Assembly: GCA_963785725.1 (NCBI GenBank)
Contig: CAWAWS010000033.1
Coordinates: forward strand, 1 to 64,000
Origin: an uncultured delta proteobacterium
GTDB lineage: Bacteria > Myxococcota_A > Polyangia > Palsa-1104
Length of the DNA stretch: 64,000 nucleotides
Direction of reading: 5' to 3'
Made by a program: the position numbers and the translations under genes. Shown here in pieces: positions 9,545 to 18,395 of this stretch (positions within the stretch are counted from its first letter, which is position 1; each line of letters opens with the position of its first letter). The notes under the pieces were generated by a model. It did no database searches and was not told the origin of the DNA. It saw only the letters and a program-made list of their open reading frames with translations.

Positions 9545-10355
9545 TGAAACGCAGATTCCGCAGCGCCGTGACATCGCCGGGCCGCTCGTCGGCGCGACGC
9601 TGACCTCGGGCGTCGCCAACCTCGAATACAGCCCCGTCGCGCTGATGCCCGACACCAAGGTCATCAAGATCGGCGGGCAGTCGATGATCGATCGCGGTCG
9701 CGCCGCCATCTTCCCGCTGCTCGACGAGCTCGTCGCGGTCAAAGACAAGTACAAGCTCTTGTTGTGCTGCGGCGGCGGCAGTCGCGCGCGCCACATCTAC
9801 TCGGTGGCGAGCGAGCTGGAGATGCCGACGGGCGTCTTGGCGGCGCTCGGCGGCTACGTGCCGCGGCAGAACGCGCGCATGCTGCAGATGCTGCTCGCCA
9901 AGCACGGCGGCGTGTTCATGCTGCACGACGACTTCGAGAAGCTGCCGCTCTACTTCAAGATGGGCTGCATCCCGATCATGACCGGCATGCCGCCGTTCGG
10001 ATATTGGGAGAAGCCGAGCGAGGAAGGTCGCATTCCGGCCAACCGCACCGACGCCGGCGTGTTCCTGTCGGCCGAAGTGTTGGGTGTCAAGCGCGCGCTG
10101 TTCATCAAGGACGAGGACGGGCTCTACAGCGACGATCCGAAGAAGAACTCGAGCGCGAAGTTCATCGCCAAGATCGGCGCGCACGAGCTCTTGAAGATGG
10201 ACCTCGACGATCTGATCCTCGAGCGCGTGGTGTTCGAATATTTGACGCGCGCGCGGTTCTGCCACGAGCTGCAGATCGTGAACGGCCTGAAGCCGGGGCT
10301 GGTCACGCGCGCGCTCGCCGGCGAAGACGTCGGCACGATCATCTACAAGGACTAG
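9537..10355 (+). CDS. mosB: Molybdenum storage protein beta-like subunit
   Basis: VIKIGGQSMIDRGRAAIFPLLDE, GMPPF, EGRIPANRTDAG, FIKDEDGLY and TRALAGEDVGTII resemble Azotobacter MosB. Overlaps the mosA stop. Confidence 0.85.
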   Translation: MHDETQIPQRRDIAGPLVGATLTSGVANLEYSPVALMPDTKVIKIGGQSMIDRGRAAIFPLLDELVAVKDKYKLLLCCGGGSRARHIYSVASELEMPTGVLAALGGYVPRQNARMLQMLLAKHGGVFMLHDDFEKLPLYFKMGCIPIMTGMPPFGYWEKPSEEGRIPANRTDAGVFLSAEVLGVKRALFIKDEDGLYSDDPKKNSSAKFIAKIGAHELLKMDLDDLILERVVFEYLTRARFCHELQIVNGLKPGLVTRALAGEDVGTIIYKD

Positions 10356-10587
10356 CCGGTCAGCTCGATGACTCTCGAGACCTGAGAGATTCAAGCACAG
10401 CCCGCGCAAAGAGGTTCCGCACGCGCTCGGGGCTTTGACCGCGCAGGGACGCTGTTTCCTGGGACTTTCGGCGACGAGCGTCAAGCCCCGCCCGAACGCG
10501 CATTTGGGCGGCGAAACGCGTGTGGCAAGCCCCGAGGAATCTTCGCCGGCCAGCGGCCTCGGCCTCCGATATGCAATAGCCAAGGAC

Positions 10588-10854
10588 ATGCGCAATCTAC
10601 TTGCCATCGTCGCGCTGGTCGCCCCACTCGTCGCATCAGCCGCCGATCGGCCGACCGGAGAAGTCCTCGGCAGGGCGGAGCTTCCGCCAAAGGTAGAGGC
10701 AACATTCGAGCGGCAGGCGGGCGCCCAGGGGCTCGAACACATCCGCCGAGCCAGGGATTCGCACGGCCACGTGATCTACACTGCTGAAATCGCCGGCTCC
10801 GGCCGCGTTGTCGCGGTGACGCCCGACGGCAGCGTCCGGGCAGCCGCACGATAG
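10588..10854 (+). CDS. Small secreted PepSY-like protein
   Basis: Signal peptide, LPPKVEATF...YTAEI...VAVTPDG pattern, AGGA RBS. A sigma54-like CGGCCTCCGATATGCA lies at 10560-10575. Confidence 0.65.
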   Translation: MRNLLAIVALVAPLVASAADRPTGEVLGRAELPPKVEATFERQAGAQGLEHIRRARDSHGHVIYTAEIAGSGRVVAVTPDGSVRAAAR

Positions 10855-11172
10855 CCGGACAACCGGAGGGTCAATCGGTAAGCGCTCGCCGAACAGCATC
10901 GGCCGAGCGCCGTAGGATCTCGAACCGGCGCGACGCTGGCACGAGCACATCCTCTCGATTCACAGCGCTCACGACGTCCTCGCCGAACGGATACGAAGAA
11001 TCAGCGTGATGTCCGCGCTCGGTATTCAGACAGCGCTATCGCTGCACGTAAAAGCGTGCCGCGAGTCGTTCGGATGAATCTCCGCGGAGATGAATGGCGC
11101 GACGGGTGATCGACTTGGATCAAGGCGTACTTGGTCACCTGCGCGTTCCGGTCGAAGCACGATAGATACGAA

Positions 11173-11380
11173 TCATGTTGGACCGTCGCCGGCTTTCGGG
11201 TCGACGTACGCGCGGATCTTGGTCACGTGGTTGACGCGCGGCAGCGGATCGCCTGGCCGGCTCATGCGTCGCCCTTGGCCGTGATACGGCGGGAACGCAC
11301 TGGCCGGATCGACCACCGCGGCGGCGATCGTGCCGCGGCGGTCTCGGTCAACACGAGAATCGGATCGCCGTCGCCCTTCG
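11173..11380 (-). pseudogene. Duplicated 3' fragment of the lipoprotein gene at 14031-14555
   Basis: 11201-11379 aligns with 14041-14220 (about 20 mismatches and one 1-nt gap in 180 nt by hand). It encodes RRGTIAAAVVDPASAFPPYHGQGRRMSRPGDPLPRV. Confidence 0.85.
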
Positions 11381-11518
11381 CCGCAGCCCTCGTGTTCGTC
11401 CTCGTCGCCGCCGACAGATTCGGGCGCAGGAGCGCATTCGTCGGACGCTCGTGTGATCGTGACCCCTCGCCCTCCTCGCACTCTCGGCCGATAACCAACG
11501 AGAGGCGAACAAACGCAA

Positions 11519-12719
11519 ATGCCAGGCGCATCGAGGCTCGGAGACAAAGCTCAGGTTCAGCAAGACGCGCACGGTTGTCCGGGGTGCCCTCATCCCGGTG
11601 TGGGTCCTGCGATCGCGGGATCTACAAACGTCATCATCAACGGACGACCGGCTGTGCGGCTCGACGACGTGGGCATCCACGCCGTCTGCTGTGGCCCCAA
11701 CATGTGGTCGGCCGCTCAGGGTTCGACGACGGTTTTCATCAACGACAAGCCCGCCGTTCGCAATAACGATCAGACCCGTCACTGCGGCGGCACGGGCAAG
11801 ATGGTCGAGGGCTCTCCCGACGTCATCATTGGCGGAGCGGCCGGCACGGCGAGCGGATCCAGCGGTGGTGGCGGCGGAGATAATGGTGGCGCAAGCGGAA
11901 GCGCGGGGTGGCGGAGCAAGCGCGGGTGGCGGAGCAAACAGCGGAAGCGGAGGCAGTGGCGCAAAAAGCAGCGGCGCTGGCGCCGCGCCTGCCAATACAG
12001 CGAAGGCCCCACCGTCGCCCGTGAAGCTGCCCGCAGTCACGGTTACAGCTCGCCCCGATGCACCTGGTGCCACTGACTCACCGCCGCTGTCGGCAGACAA
12101 GCTGACGCCGGAGAAGACCGACGACGAAACCGACTTCAAGAAAAAGGTCTACAAGAAGCACTGCGAGAACGCCGCCAAGCGCCGCAAACGGTCCGATGGC
12201 GTTCCTCCGTCGGAACTAGCGGACGTCGAGAACGGACATAAGATGCGGCGAGACGCTGCCGCCGCTTGTAATAAGCTGTTCGTCGAAATGCGCGCCGACC
12301 TAGCGAAGCAGAAGGCCGCCGGCGACGCGCACGCTGCGAAGGTCAGTGTCATCACGCTGACCTCCGGTTACCGCGATCCCGAATACGATCAACAACTGTG
12401 GGACCGCTACTACGACAAGTATTACAAGGAGACCGCTAAGAAGCGGGCAGCGACGGGGGATATACACGGCGCCGAATCCGTCGATATTCTAGCGACGCAA
12501 ATAGCGCATTACAAAGCAGCGCCCGGGTTCAGCAACCATACCGACGGTGACGCCTTCGACGCGACGACGACGGAATCGGGCGTCCATTATACGAGTGACC
12601 ACAATCAGAATGAGGCATGGGAAAAAACATGGTTGCGTCAGTGGCTGAAGAACAACGCATCCCGCTTTGGCTTCGTGCCGCTCGGGACAGAAGCGTGGCA
12701 TTGGGACTATCGCGGCTGA
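11519..12719 (+). CDS. PAAR-domain protein fused to an M15 (VanY/D,D-peptidase-like) domain; one frameshift at ~11905-11908
   Basis: PAAR N-terminus (ASRLGD...GSTNVIINGRPAVRLDD...GSPDVIIGG). C-terminal SGYR, APGFSNH-x6-D and EAWHWDY. Removing one G from GGGG joins the two frames. Confidence 0.8.
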
Positions 12720-13192
12720 TGTTTGCGTTGCTGCTCTTGGGAAGCACCAGCGCTATTGCGCAGACCCAAACAGCCGATCGGCCGACACGGATCGCTCTCG
12801 ACTGGCTGCAGACGCTCCGCAGTAACGACATGGGCAAGCTCGCGGCCGCCAGTCAGCTGCCTTTCGTCCAAGAGGGATTCAGCGGCTGCAACGCGAAGCG
12901 AGCGGACTCAGCCGCTGACCTGACGCTGTTGCTCGGGTGTGTGGCACATAGCGACAAATTTTTCGTCGCGAGTATCCCGGCCCAATCGGATGCATTGGCT
13001 GATTGGCATTCACTCAAGCTCAACGATGTTCCGCGAGGCCTCAGGAAGAAGGCATCGTCGCTCGCAAAGGCGAATGTGCTCATCGGCGGAGCGCTCGATG
13101 GTGATGGCGTCTCATATCGTGTCGTGATTGTCGTCTCGAAGAGCAGCGCGAGCGTGACCGGCGTTTTGCTGGAGCCAAACCTGGCGGAATAG
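12719..13192 (+). CDS. Secreted/periplasmic protein, putative immunity protein
   Basis: TGATG overlap with the effector stop and a signal peptide (MFALLLLGSTSAIA). The immunity role is inferred from position. Confidence 0.6.
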   Translation: MFALLLLGSTSAIAQTQTADRPTRIALDWLQTLRSNDMGKLAAASQLPFVQEGFSGCNAKRADSAADLTLLLGCVAHSDKFFVASIPAQSDALADWHSLKLNDVPRGLRKKASSLAKANVLIGGALDGDGVSYRVVIVVSKSSASVTGVLLEPNLAE

Positions 13193-13261
13193 CGTCGGAG
13201 GCTATGGCGCCTGGCCCGCCGGCAACACTCCCCACATAACGCCCGCGCTTCTGGCACGAGC

Positions 13262-13930
13262 TCAGCTCGTGAAGCGCTTGAAGCCGGGAAAGCAAATTCC
13301 GGTATCGCTCTGAATGAACCACGGAAGCCCAGGCATTGCTCCGAACTGCAGATCGATGATGGAGCTCAGGAGCATCAGCGCACTGAGCGCTTGAGCTCGT
13401 ACTTCCTTCTCGGTTTCCTCGTTGAAGTGCAATGACTCGTTTCTCAGTTGTTCGAGTTTCACGAAGGCATCCGATGTCTCGCCGCGGAGTACCTGCCACT
13501 CACTGAGGATACGGATGACGTTGGTCCAGTTGTCGAATGAGTCCTTCCGATAGACATGTTTGTAATCTGGCGTCGATCTAAACCGATCACGCAGGTTCAA
13601 AATCAGATGATTGAGGATTCGCTCGCCGAGTGCGCACGCGCCTGTGAGCGCGGGATAGTAGCTTCCAAGAACAAATGCGTTGCGAGCCTGGGCAAGAAAA
13701 CGTTTATGAAAGGCGATGACAGAGCATGGTTCAGCGCCGATGGCCAAGAAGTCCTGAAACTTTCGTTCTGCGTCGATCTCCCCAAATTCTGCGATGAGAC
13801 CGCGTCGGATTTGGGCGCGATTCTGCTCGTGCAGTTGCTTGACCTCAGGGGCCCAGTTGCTCCCGATCTCGAACTTGAACATGTTGGCTCGAAAGTCGAA
13901 CGCAATCTTCAGCACTCGGTAGCGCTTCAT
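13262..13930 (-). CDS. HEPN/DUF4145-like protein
   Basis: Lower GC, helix YYPALTGACALGERIL and an R-x4-H motif (RNESLH). Confidence 0.6.
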   Translation of the reverse strand: MKRYRVLKIAFDFRANMFKFEIGSNWAPEVKQLHEQNRAQIRRGLIAEFGEIDAERKFQDFLAIGAEPCSVIAFHKRFLAQARNAFVLGSYYPALTGACALGERILNHLILNLRDRFRSTPDYKHVYRKDSFDNWTNVIRILSEWQVLRGETSDAFVKLEQLRNESLHFNEETEKEVRAQALSALMLLSSIIDLQFGAMPGLPWFIQSDTGICFPGFKRFTS

Positions 13931-14030
13931 CGGCTCTCCATCGCGTCTGTTTCGTCAGTGCTTCCTTGGTCAGCCAGGACCGACTGGTCTCGTCGGCGTT
14001 CCTTTATCGAACGGGATGCGGTGGAGGTCG

Positions 14031-14555
14031 CTATTTAGGCTCGACGTACGCGCGGATCTTGGTCACTCCGTTGACGCGCGGCAGCGGGTCGCCCGGACGA
14101 CTCATACGCCGGCCTTGGCCGTGATACGGCGGGAACGCGTTGGCCGGATCGACCACGGCGGCGGCGATCGTGCCGCGGCGGGTCTCGGTCAGGACGAGGA
14201 TGGGATCGCCATCGGCCTTGGGTGCGCGAAAGACGATGCCGACTCCCTTGTCGCCGCTCACTTCGGCGACGGCGCCGGGACGATCGGCCGCCGGCCCGAT
14301 CAGCGTCGTCAGCCGCCACGCGCGATGCTCGGCGTCCTCGAAGTCGGCCTTGGTCGCGCGCAGCTTGTCGGCGTCGATCGCCGGCGCGGGCTTGCCGTCG
14401 ACTTCCACTTCGATGCGCAGCGGCGCGATGGCGACCGTCGGCGGCGGCGTCAGCTTCGGCATCTCGCGCGTCGCGTTGGCGTCAGTCGACCGACGGCAGC
14501 CGACGGTGGCGACGAGGCTGCCGGCCAAGATCCAGCGCGTCCAATTCGTCGGCAT
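14031..14555 (-). CDS. Hypothetical lipoprotein
   Basis: MPTNWTRWILAGSLVATVGC lipobox. Its 3' end is duplicated at ~11.2-11.4 kb. Confidence 0.75.
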   Translation of the reverse strand: MPTNWTRWILAGSLVATVGCRRSTDANATREMPKLTPPPTVAIAPLRIEVEVDGKPAPAIDADKLRATKADFEDAEHRAWRLTTLIGPAADRPGAVAEVSGDKGVGIVFRAPKADGDPILVLTETRRGTIAAAVVDPANAFPPYHGQGRRMSRPGDPLPRVNGVTKIRAYVEPK

Positions 14556-14595
14556 CCGTTCATGCTGGCACTCGCGACGACAGGGCGCAATGACG

Positions 14596-14640
14596 ACGAT
14601 AGGCCTACGGATTGACACCCGTCGACGACGCTCCTAAACT
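14596..14640 (+). promoter_or_regulatory. sigma70-type promoter with an abutting operator
   Basis: ACGATAGGCCTACGGA (14596-14611) is directly followed by TTGACA-17 nt-TAAACT. Confidence 0.65.
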
Positions 14641-14662
14641 GAAAGTCCCGAGGAGGGCTGTC

Positions 14663-15151
14663 ATGCGTAGATTGTTGGGCGTCGCGGCAATGGGTCTCAT
14701 GCTAGGTGCACCGAACGCGTTCGCCAACGTCGAGCCTCCGACCGTCGGTGGCGGCCACATGAAGCACTGCCCGACGGCGGTGCCCGGTGCCAAGACGCAG
14801 ATTACCGACGGCAAAGACGCGATCGAGATCGTCGTCACCGGCAGCGACGCGGCGAAGACCGCGGAGATTCGCACGCGTGCTCAGCATGTCGTCGAGTCCT
14901 CGAAGGCCGACCCAACGAGCGTCGCGCACGACGGCAGCGGTCACGGCGGTGGCGGCCTCGGCATGTGCGAGATCGTCCTGAAAGACACCACGGTCACCGC
15001 CACCGACGTCGACGGCGGCTCGAAGTTCGTCGTCAAGCCGATCAAGCCGGTCGATCTCGAGTGGCTGAAGAAGGAGACGCATACGCGTCACCTCGCGAAT
15101 ACGAGCTCGAGTGGCAAGAAGAAGCCGACCAAGTCGGCCTCCGCTCAGTAA
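14663..15151 (+). CDS. Secreted His/Cys-containing hypothetical protein
   Basis: GGAGG RBS, signal peptide, and motifs HMKHCP and HDGSGHGGGGLGMC. Confidence 0.8.
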   Translation: MRRLLGVAAMGLMLGAPNAFANVEPPTVGGGHMKHCPTAVPGAKTQITDGKDAIEIVVTGSDAAKTAEIRTRAQHVVESSKADPTSVAHDGSGHGGGGLGMCEIVLKDTTVTATDVDGGSKFVVKPIKPVDLEWLKKETHTRHLANTSSSGKKKPTKSASAQ

Positions 15152-15176
15152 CTCGTCAATCTGCGCAACCGTCGCC

Positions 15177-15455
15177 TCACAGCTTCTTACAGTATCCGTG
15201 CTTGTTGCAGACGCCGCTCGTCAGCGGCTTCGGGCAATCGGTCGCCGCCGTCTCCTGCTTGCACACCATCGAGCAGTACGCGTTCGAGCCGCCGATGAAG
15301 CAGGCTTTGCTCTGACACTCGCTGTCTTTGCCGCAAGTGGCACCGAACGCTCCAGGGGCGCTCGGTGCCGCGGTGCTGTCGCTTGCAGACGTCGCCATGC
15401 GACGACAGGCCGGCGCGAGAAGTAGCAGCGAAGCCAACACCAGTGTCGCGCGCAT
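15177..15455 (-). CDS. Small 8-Cys lipoprotein
   Basis: LAPAC lipobox and an 8-Cys module ending CNKHGYCK. Lies downstream of modC. Confidence 0.8.
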   Translation of the reverse strand: MRATLVLASLLLLAPACRRMATSASDSTAAPSAPGAFGATCGKDSECQSKACFIGGSNAYCSMVCKQETAATDCPKPLTSGVCNKHGYCKKL

Positions 15456-15515
15456 GAATCGATCTTACGCGACCGCCGGCAGCGCGCGATAGGAAAGCGC
15501 CGACACGCTCGCGGC

Positions 15516-16229
15516 CTACACGAAGTCGTCGAAGACGTCGCGACTGTCGGGCAAGAGCTCGTCGATGCCGCCGACGGCTTTGACGCGGCCCGCCTCCATC
15601 AGCGCCACGCGGTCGCCGAGCGCGCGCGCCTCGTTGCGATGGTGCGTGACATGGATGACCGGCACGCGCGCTTCGGCGACCCACGCGCGCAGGTCGGCCA
15701 CGAACTCGCGGCGCAGCGCCCGATCCATCGCCGAGAAGGGCTCATCGAGCAGCACCAAGCGCGGCGCCGGCGCGAACGCGCGAGCGAGCGCGACCCGCTG
15801 TGCCTCGCCGCCGGAAAACGTCGCCGGGCGACGTGTCGCCAGATGCGCCACCTTCATGCGCGCCAGCATCGCCGTCGCTCGCTGCAGCCGCTCGGCCTTG
15901 GGCATGGCGCGCGGCAGTCCATATTCGACGTTCGCGACGGCCGTCATATGCGGAAACAGCGCCAGCGACTGAAACACGAACGAGATGCCGCGCTTCTCCA
16001 CGCGCCGATCGATATGTCGTGCGGCGTCGAACCACACTTCGCCGCCGAGCGCCACGCGACCCGAGGTCGGCTTCACGAGCCCCGCGATCGCCGCCAGCGT
16101 CGTCGATTTGCCGGCGCCCGACGGACCAAACAGGATGGTCACGCCCGGCGTCACGGTCAGATGCACGTCGAGCTGAAAGCCGCCGCGACGCTCGATGCGC
16201 AAGTCGACGTCGAGCGTCGTCTCAGCCAT
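15516..16229 (-). CDS. modC: Molybdate ABC transporter ATPase
   Basis: Walker A GPSGAGKS, FQSLALFPH, signature FSGGEAQR and LLDEPF. Confidence 0.9.
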   Translation of the reverse strand: MAETTLDVDLRIERRGGFQLDVHLTVTPGVTILFGPSGAGKSTTLAAIAGLVKPTSGRVALGGEVWFDAARHIDRRVEKRGISFVFQSLALFPHMTAVANVEYGLPRAMPKAERLQRATAMLARMKVAHLATRRPATFSGGEAQRVALARAFAPAPRLVLLDEPFSAMDRALRREFVADLRAWVAEARVPVIHVTHHRNEARALGDRVALMEAGRVKAVGGIDELLPDSRDVFDDFV

Positions 16230-16887
16230 GTTTGCGCTTTCCCGTCAGCTTGTTGACCGCGTACAGCGCGAAGATGGCAGTGCTCGTGAGGATCGCGACC
16301 ATCCCGGCCGCGGCGTGCTCTTCGTGCGACTGAATGAGATCGTATATCGCCAGCGACGCCGTCTGCGTCTGTCCCGGGATATCGCCGGCGACCATCAATG
16401 TGACGCCGAAGTCGCCGAGCGAGCGCGCGAACGCCAGCATGACGCCGGCGATGAGCCCGCGCGACGCCAGCGGGAGATGCACCGTCAAGAACACGCGCAG
16501 TCGACCGGCGCCCAGCGTATGCGCGGCCTCGAGCAGCTTGTCGTCGACGCCCTCGAGCGCGGCGCGCGCCGCTTTGATGACGAGCGGCAGCGCGCCCAAC
16601 GTCGCCGCGATGACCGCGCCCGTGCGCGAAAAGACGATGGTGCCGCCGGTCAGCGATTGCCAGGCGCGCCCGACCAAGCTGTGCCGCCCGAGCGAGACCA
16701 AGACGTAGTAGCCGAGCACCGTCGGCGGCATGACCAACGGCGCCGACGTCACCGCGTCGATGAAGTCGCGCCCGAACATGCGCTTCTGGCTGAGCAAGAG
16801 ACCGATCGCGACGCCGATGATCGTCGCCAGCACCGTCGCGATGAGCGCCACGCGGAACGAGAGCGCGAGCGGTTCCCAGTCGGTCAC
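16222..16887 (-). CDS. modB: Molybdate ABC transporter permease
   Basis: PLVMPPTVLGYY, FARSLGDFGVT and GDIPGQTQT. Confidence 0.93.
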   Translation of the reverse strand: MTDWEPLALSFRVALIATVLATIIGVAIGLLLSQKRMFGRDFIDAVTSAPLVMPPTVLGYYVLVSLGRHSLVGRAWQSLTGGTIVFSRTGAVIAATLGALPLVIKAARAALEGVDDKLLEAAHTLGAGRLRVFLTVHLPLASRGLIAGVMLAFARSLGDFGVTLMVAGDIPGQTQTASLAIYDLIQSHEEHAAAGMVAILTSTAIFALYAVNKLTGKRKHG

Positions 16888-16896
16888 GCCTCGATG

Positions 16897-17676
16897 TTAC
16901 TTCGCCGAGGCGGTCCGCGTCTCGCCCGGCAAAAGAAAGCCATAGTGACGCATGATGGCGCGGCCCGCCGGCGAGCTGACGTAAGCCGTGAACGCGCGCG
17001 CTCGGGCTATTCGCTCGCGATCTTCGCCGCACACGACCAGCGCTTGATCGATCGGCGCATGATCGAGCTCGGAGATTGGCAGCCAATCGCCGTCGGTCGC
17101 CGTCGTCGCCAGCGACATCGCGACCACCGCGACTTCGGCGTTTCCCGACTGCGCGAACTGCAGCGTCTGCTGCACGTTCTCACCGAAGACGACGCGCGAC
17201 TTCAGCTGATTCCAGATGCCCGCTTTCGTCAGCGCCTCGGCGGCGGCTTTGCCGTACGGCGCGTGGGCCGGATTCGCGATCGCGACCTTGACGAAGCGCG
17301 CGTCGGCCAGCTCCGCCAGCGTCTTCGGCGGCTTCACGGTCGAGCTCTTCGGCCACCAAAGCACGATGCGACCGCGTGCATAAGATGTCTTCGAGTCGGC
17401 GAGACAGACGCCGGCATGAACCGCGTCATCGACGAACGACACGTTGGCCGCCGCGAAGACGTCGAACGGCGCGCCCTCGGCCAGCTGCTTCTCCAATAGA
17501 CCGGTCGAGCCGAACGTGAAGACCACCTTGTCGCCGTGGTCACGCTCGAAGGCGGCGCCGAGCTCCTTGAACGCGACCGCCAAATCGGCTGCGGCCGCTA
17601 CGCGCAGCGGCGCCGCGAACGCCGGTGTCGACAGCAACGAAAGGACGACGACTCCCAGGCTCCGTATGACGCGCAC
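16897..17676 (-). CDS. modA: Molybdate-binding periplasmic protein
   Basis: VAAAADL, FGSTG, GAPFDVF, AIANPAHAPYG and GENVQQ. Start uncertain (17676-17712). Confidence 0.92.
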   Translation of the reverse strand: MRVIRSLGVVVLSLLSTPAFAAPLRVAAAADLAVAFKELGAAFERDHGDKVVFTFGSTGLLEKQLAEGAPFDVFAAANVSFVDDAVHAGVCLADSKTSYARGRIVLWWPKSSTVKPPKTLAELADARFVKVAIANPAHAPYGKAAAEALTKAGIWNQLKSRVVFGENVQQTLQFAQSGNAEVAVVAMSLATTATDGDWLPISELDHAPIDQALVVCGEDRERIARARAFTAYVSSPAGRAIMRHYGFLLPGETRTASAK

Positions 17677-17860
17677 GCACAACGCAGTCAGCAATAGTCG
17701 ATCCACGAGCAAAGCCGCGCGGCGGTTGCGTGCGGCGACGCCGAGCCTGGGGAGTCGTCTCCCCGATCTACGTAGATTCCGCAGTTTTCCCCCACCCAGA
17801 CAAGGTCGGTTGACTCGCGGCGATACCCGAGTTTTCGATGTTTAGCGGCCGCTACGGAGC

Positions 17861-17876
17861 CGGCATATGCGTTGCA
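17861..17876 (+). promoter_or_regulatory. Putative sigma54 promoter
   Basis: CGGCATATGCGTTGCA (GG-N10-GC) with an adjacent TACGGA half-site at 17853-17858. Confidence 0.5.
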
Positions 17877-17888
17877 CAGCGCGGTCGC

Positions 17889-18329
17889 ATGAAAATTTAT
17901 CTGTTGGCGTTCGCATTCGCCGTCGCTGGTGTGGGCTGTGGTGGGTCTTCGTCGTCGAACAACGAGCCGGACATGACGGCGTCGGGCGGCGGTGGCGGTT
18001 CTGCGGGTGGTGGCGGCACCGCGGGCGGCGGCGGCACTGCAGGTGGCGGCGGCATCGCTGGCGGCGGCGGCTCGGCCGGCGGTGGCGGCAGCGAAAAGGA
18101 CGGCGGCACGGAAAAGGGCGAAGACGGCGGCACCAAAGGTGCGTACGGAGCGCTCTGCACGGACACCGTCAACGGCAGCGATTGCCAGAGCGGCATGTGC
18201 GACCCGTTCGAGCAGGGCGCAGTCAAGCGCTGCACGATCGCTTGCACGACGGCCGCCGAATGCCCTGCACCTGCGGTCGGCTGCACCGCCACCAACGGCC
18301 AGTCCGGTCACTGCAAGTTCGCCAACTGA
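17889..18329 (+). CDS. Gly-rich 8-Cys lipoprotein
   Basis: AGVGC lipobox, GGGG(S/T)A repeats and an 8-Cys module ending GHCK. Confidence 0.8.
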   Translation: MKIYLLAFAFAVAGVGCGGSSSSNNEPDMTASGGGGGSAGGGGTAGGGGTAGGGGIAGGGGSAGGGGSEKDGGTEKGEDGGTKGAYGALCTDTVNGSDCQSGMCDPFEQGAVKRCTIACTTAAECPAPAVGCTATNGQSGHCKFAN

Positions 18330-18395
18330 AGCTCGCGCGGCCTGGTCATCACGACGGGCTTTAGCGACGAGGCTAGGAAGGCGTAAAGTAACAAC

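Noticed and set aside
8705..10355. Uridylate kinase (pyrH) duplication
   Set aside because: The fold is shared, but the paired arrangement, MoSto-like motifs and modABC proximity favour mosA/mosB. There is no tsf/frr context.
11173..14220. Prophage or IS element
   Set aside because: No integrase, transposase, terminal inverted repeats or phage structural genes apart from the PAAR domain.
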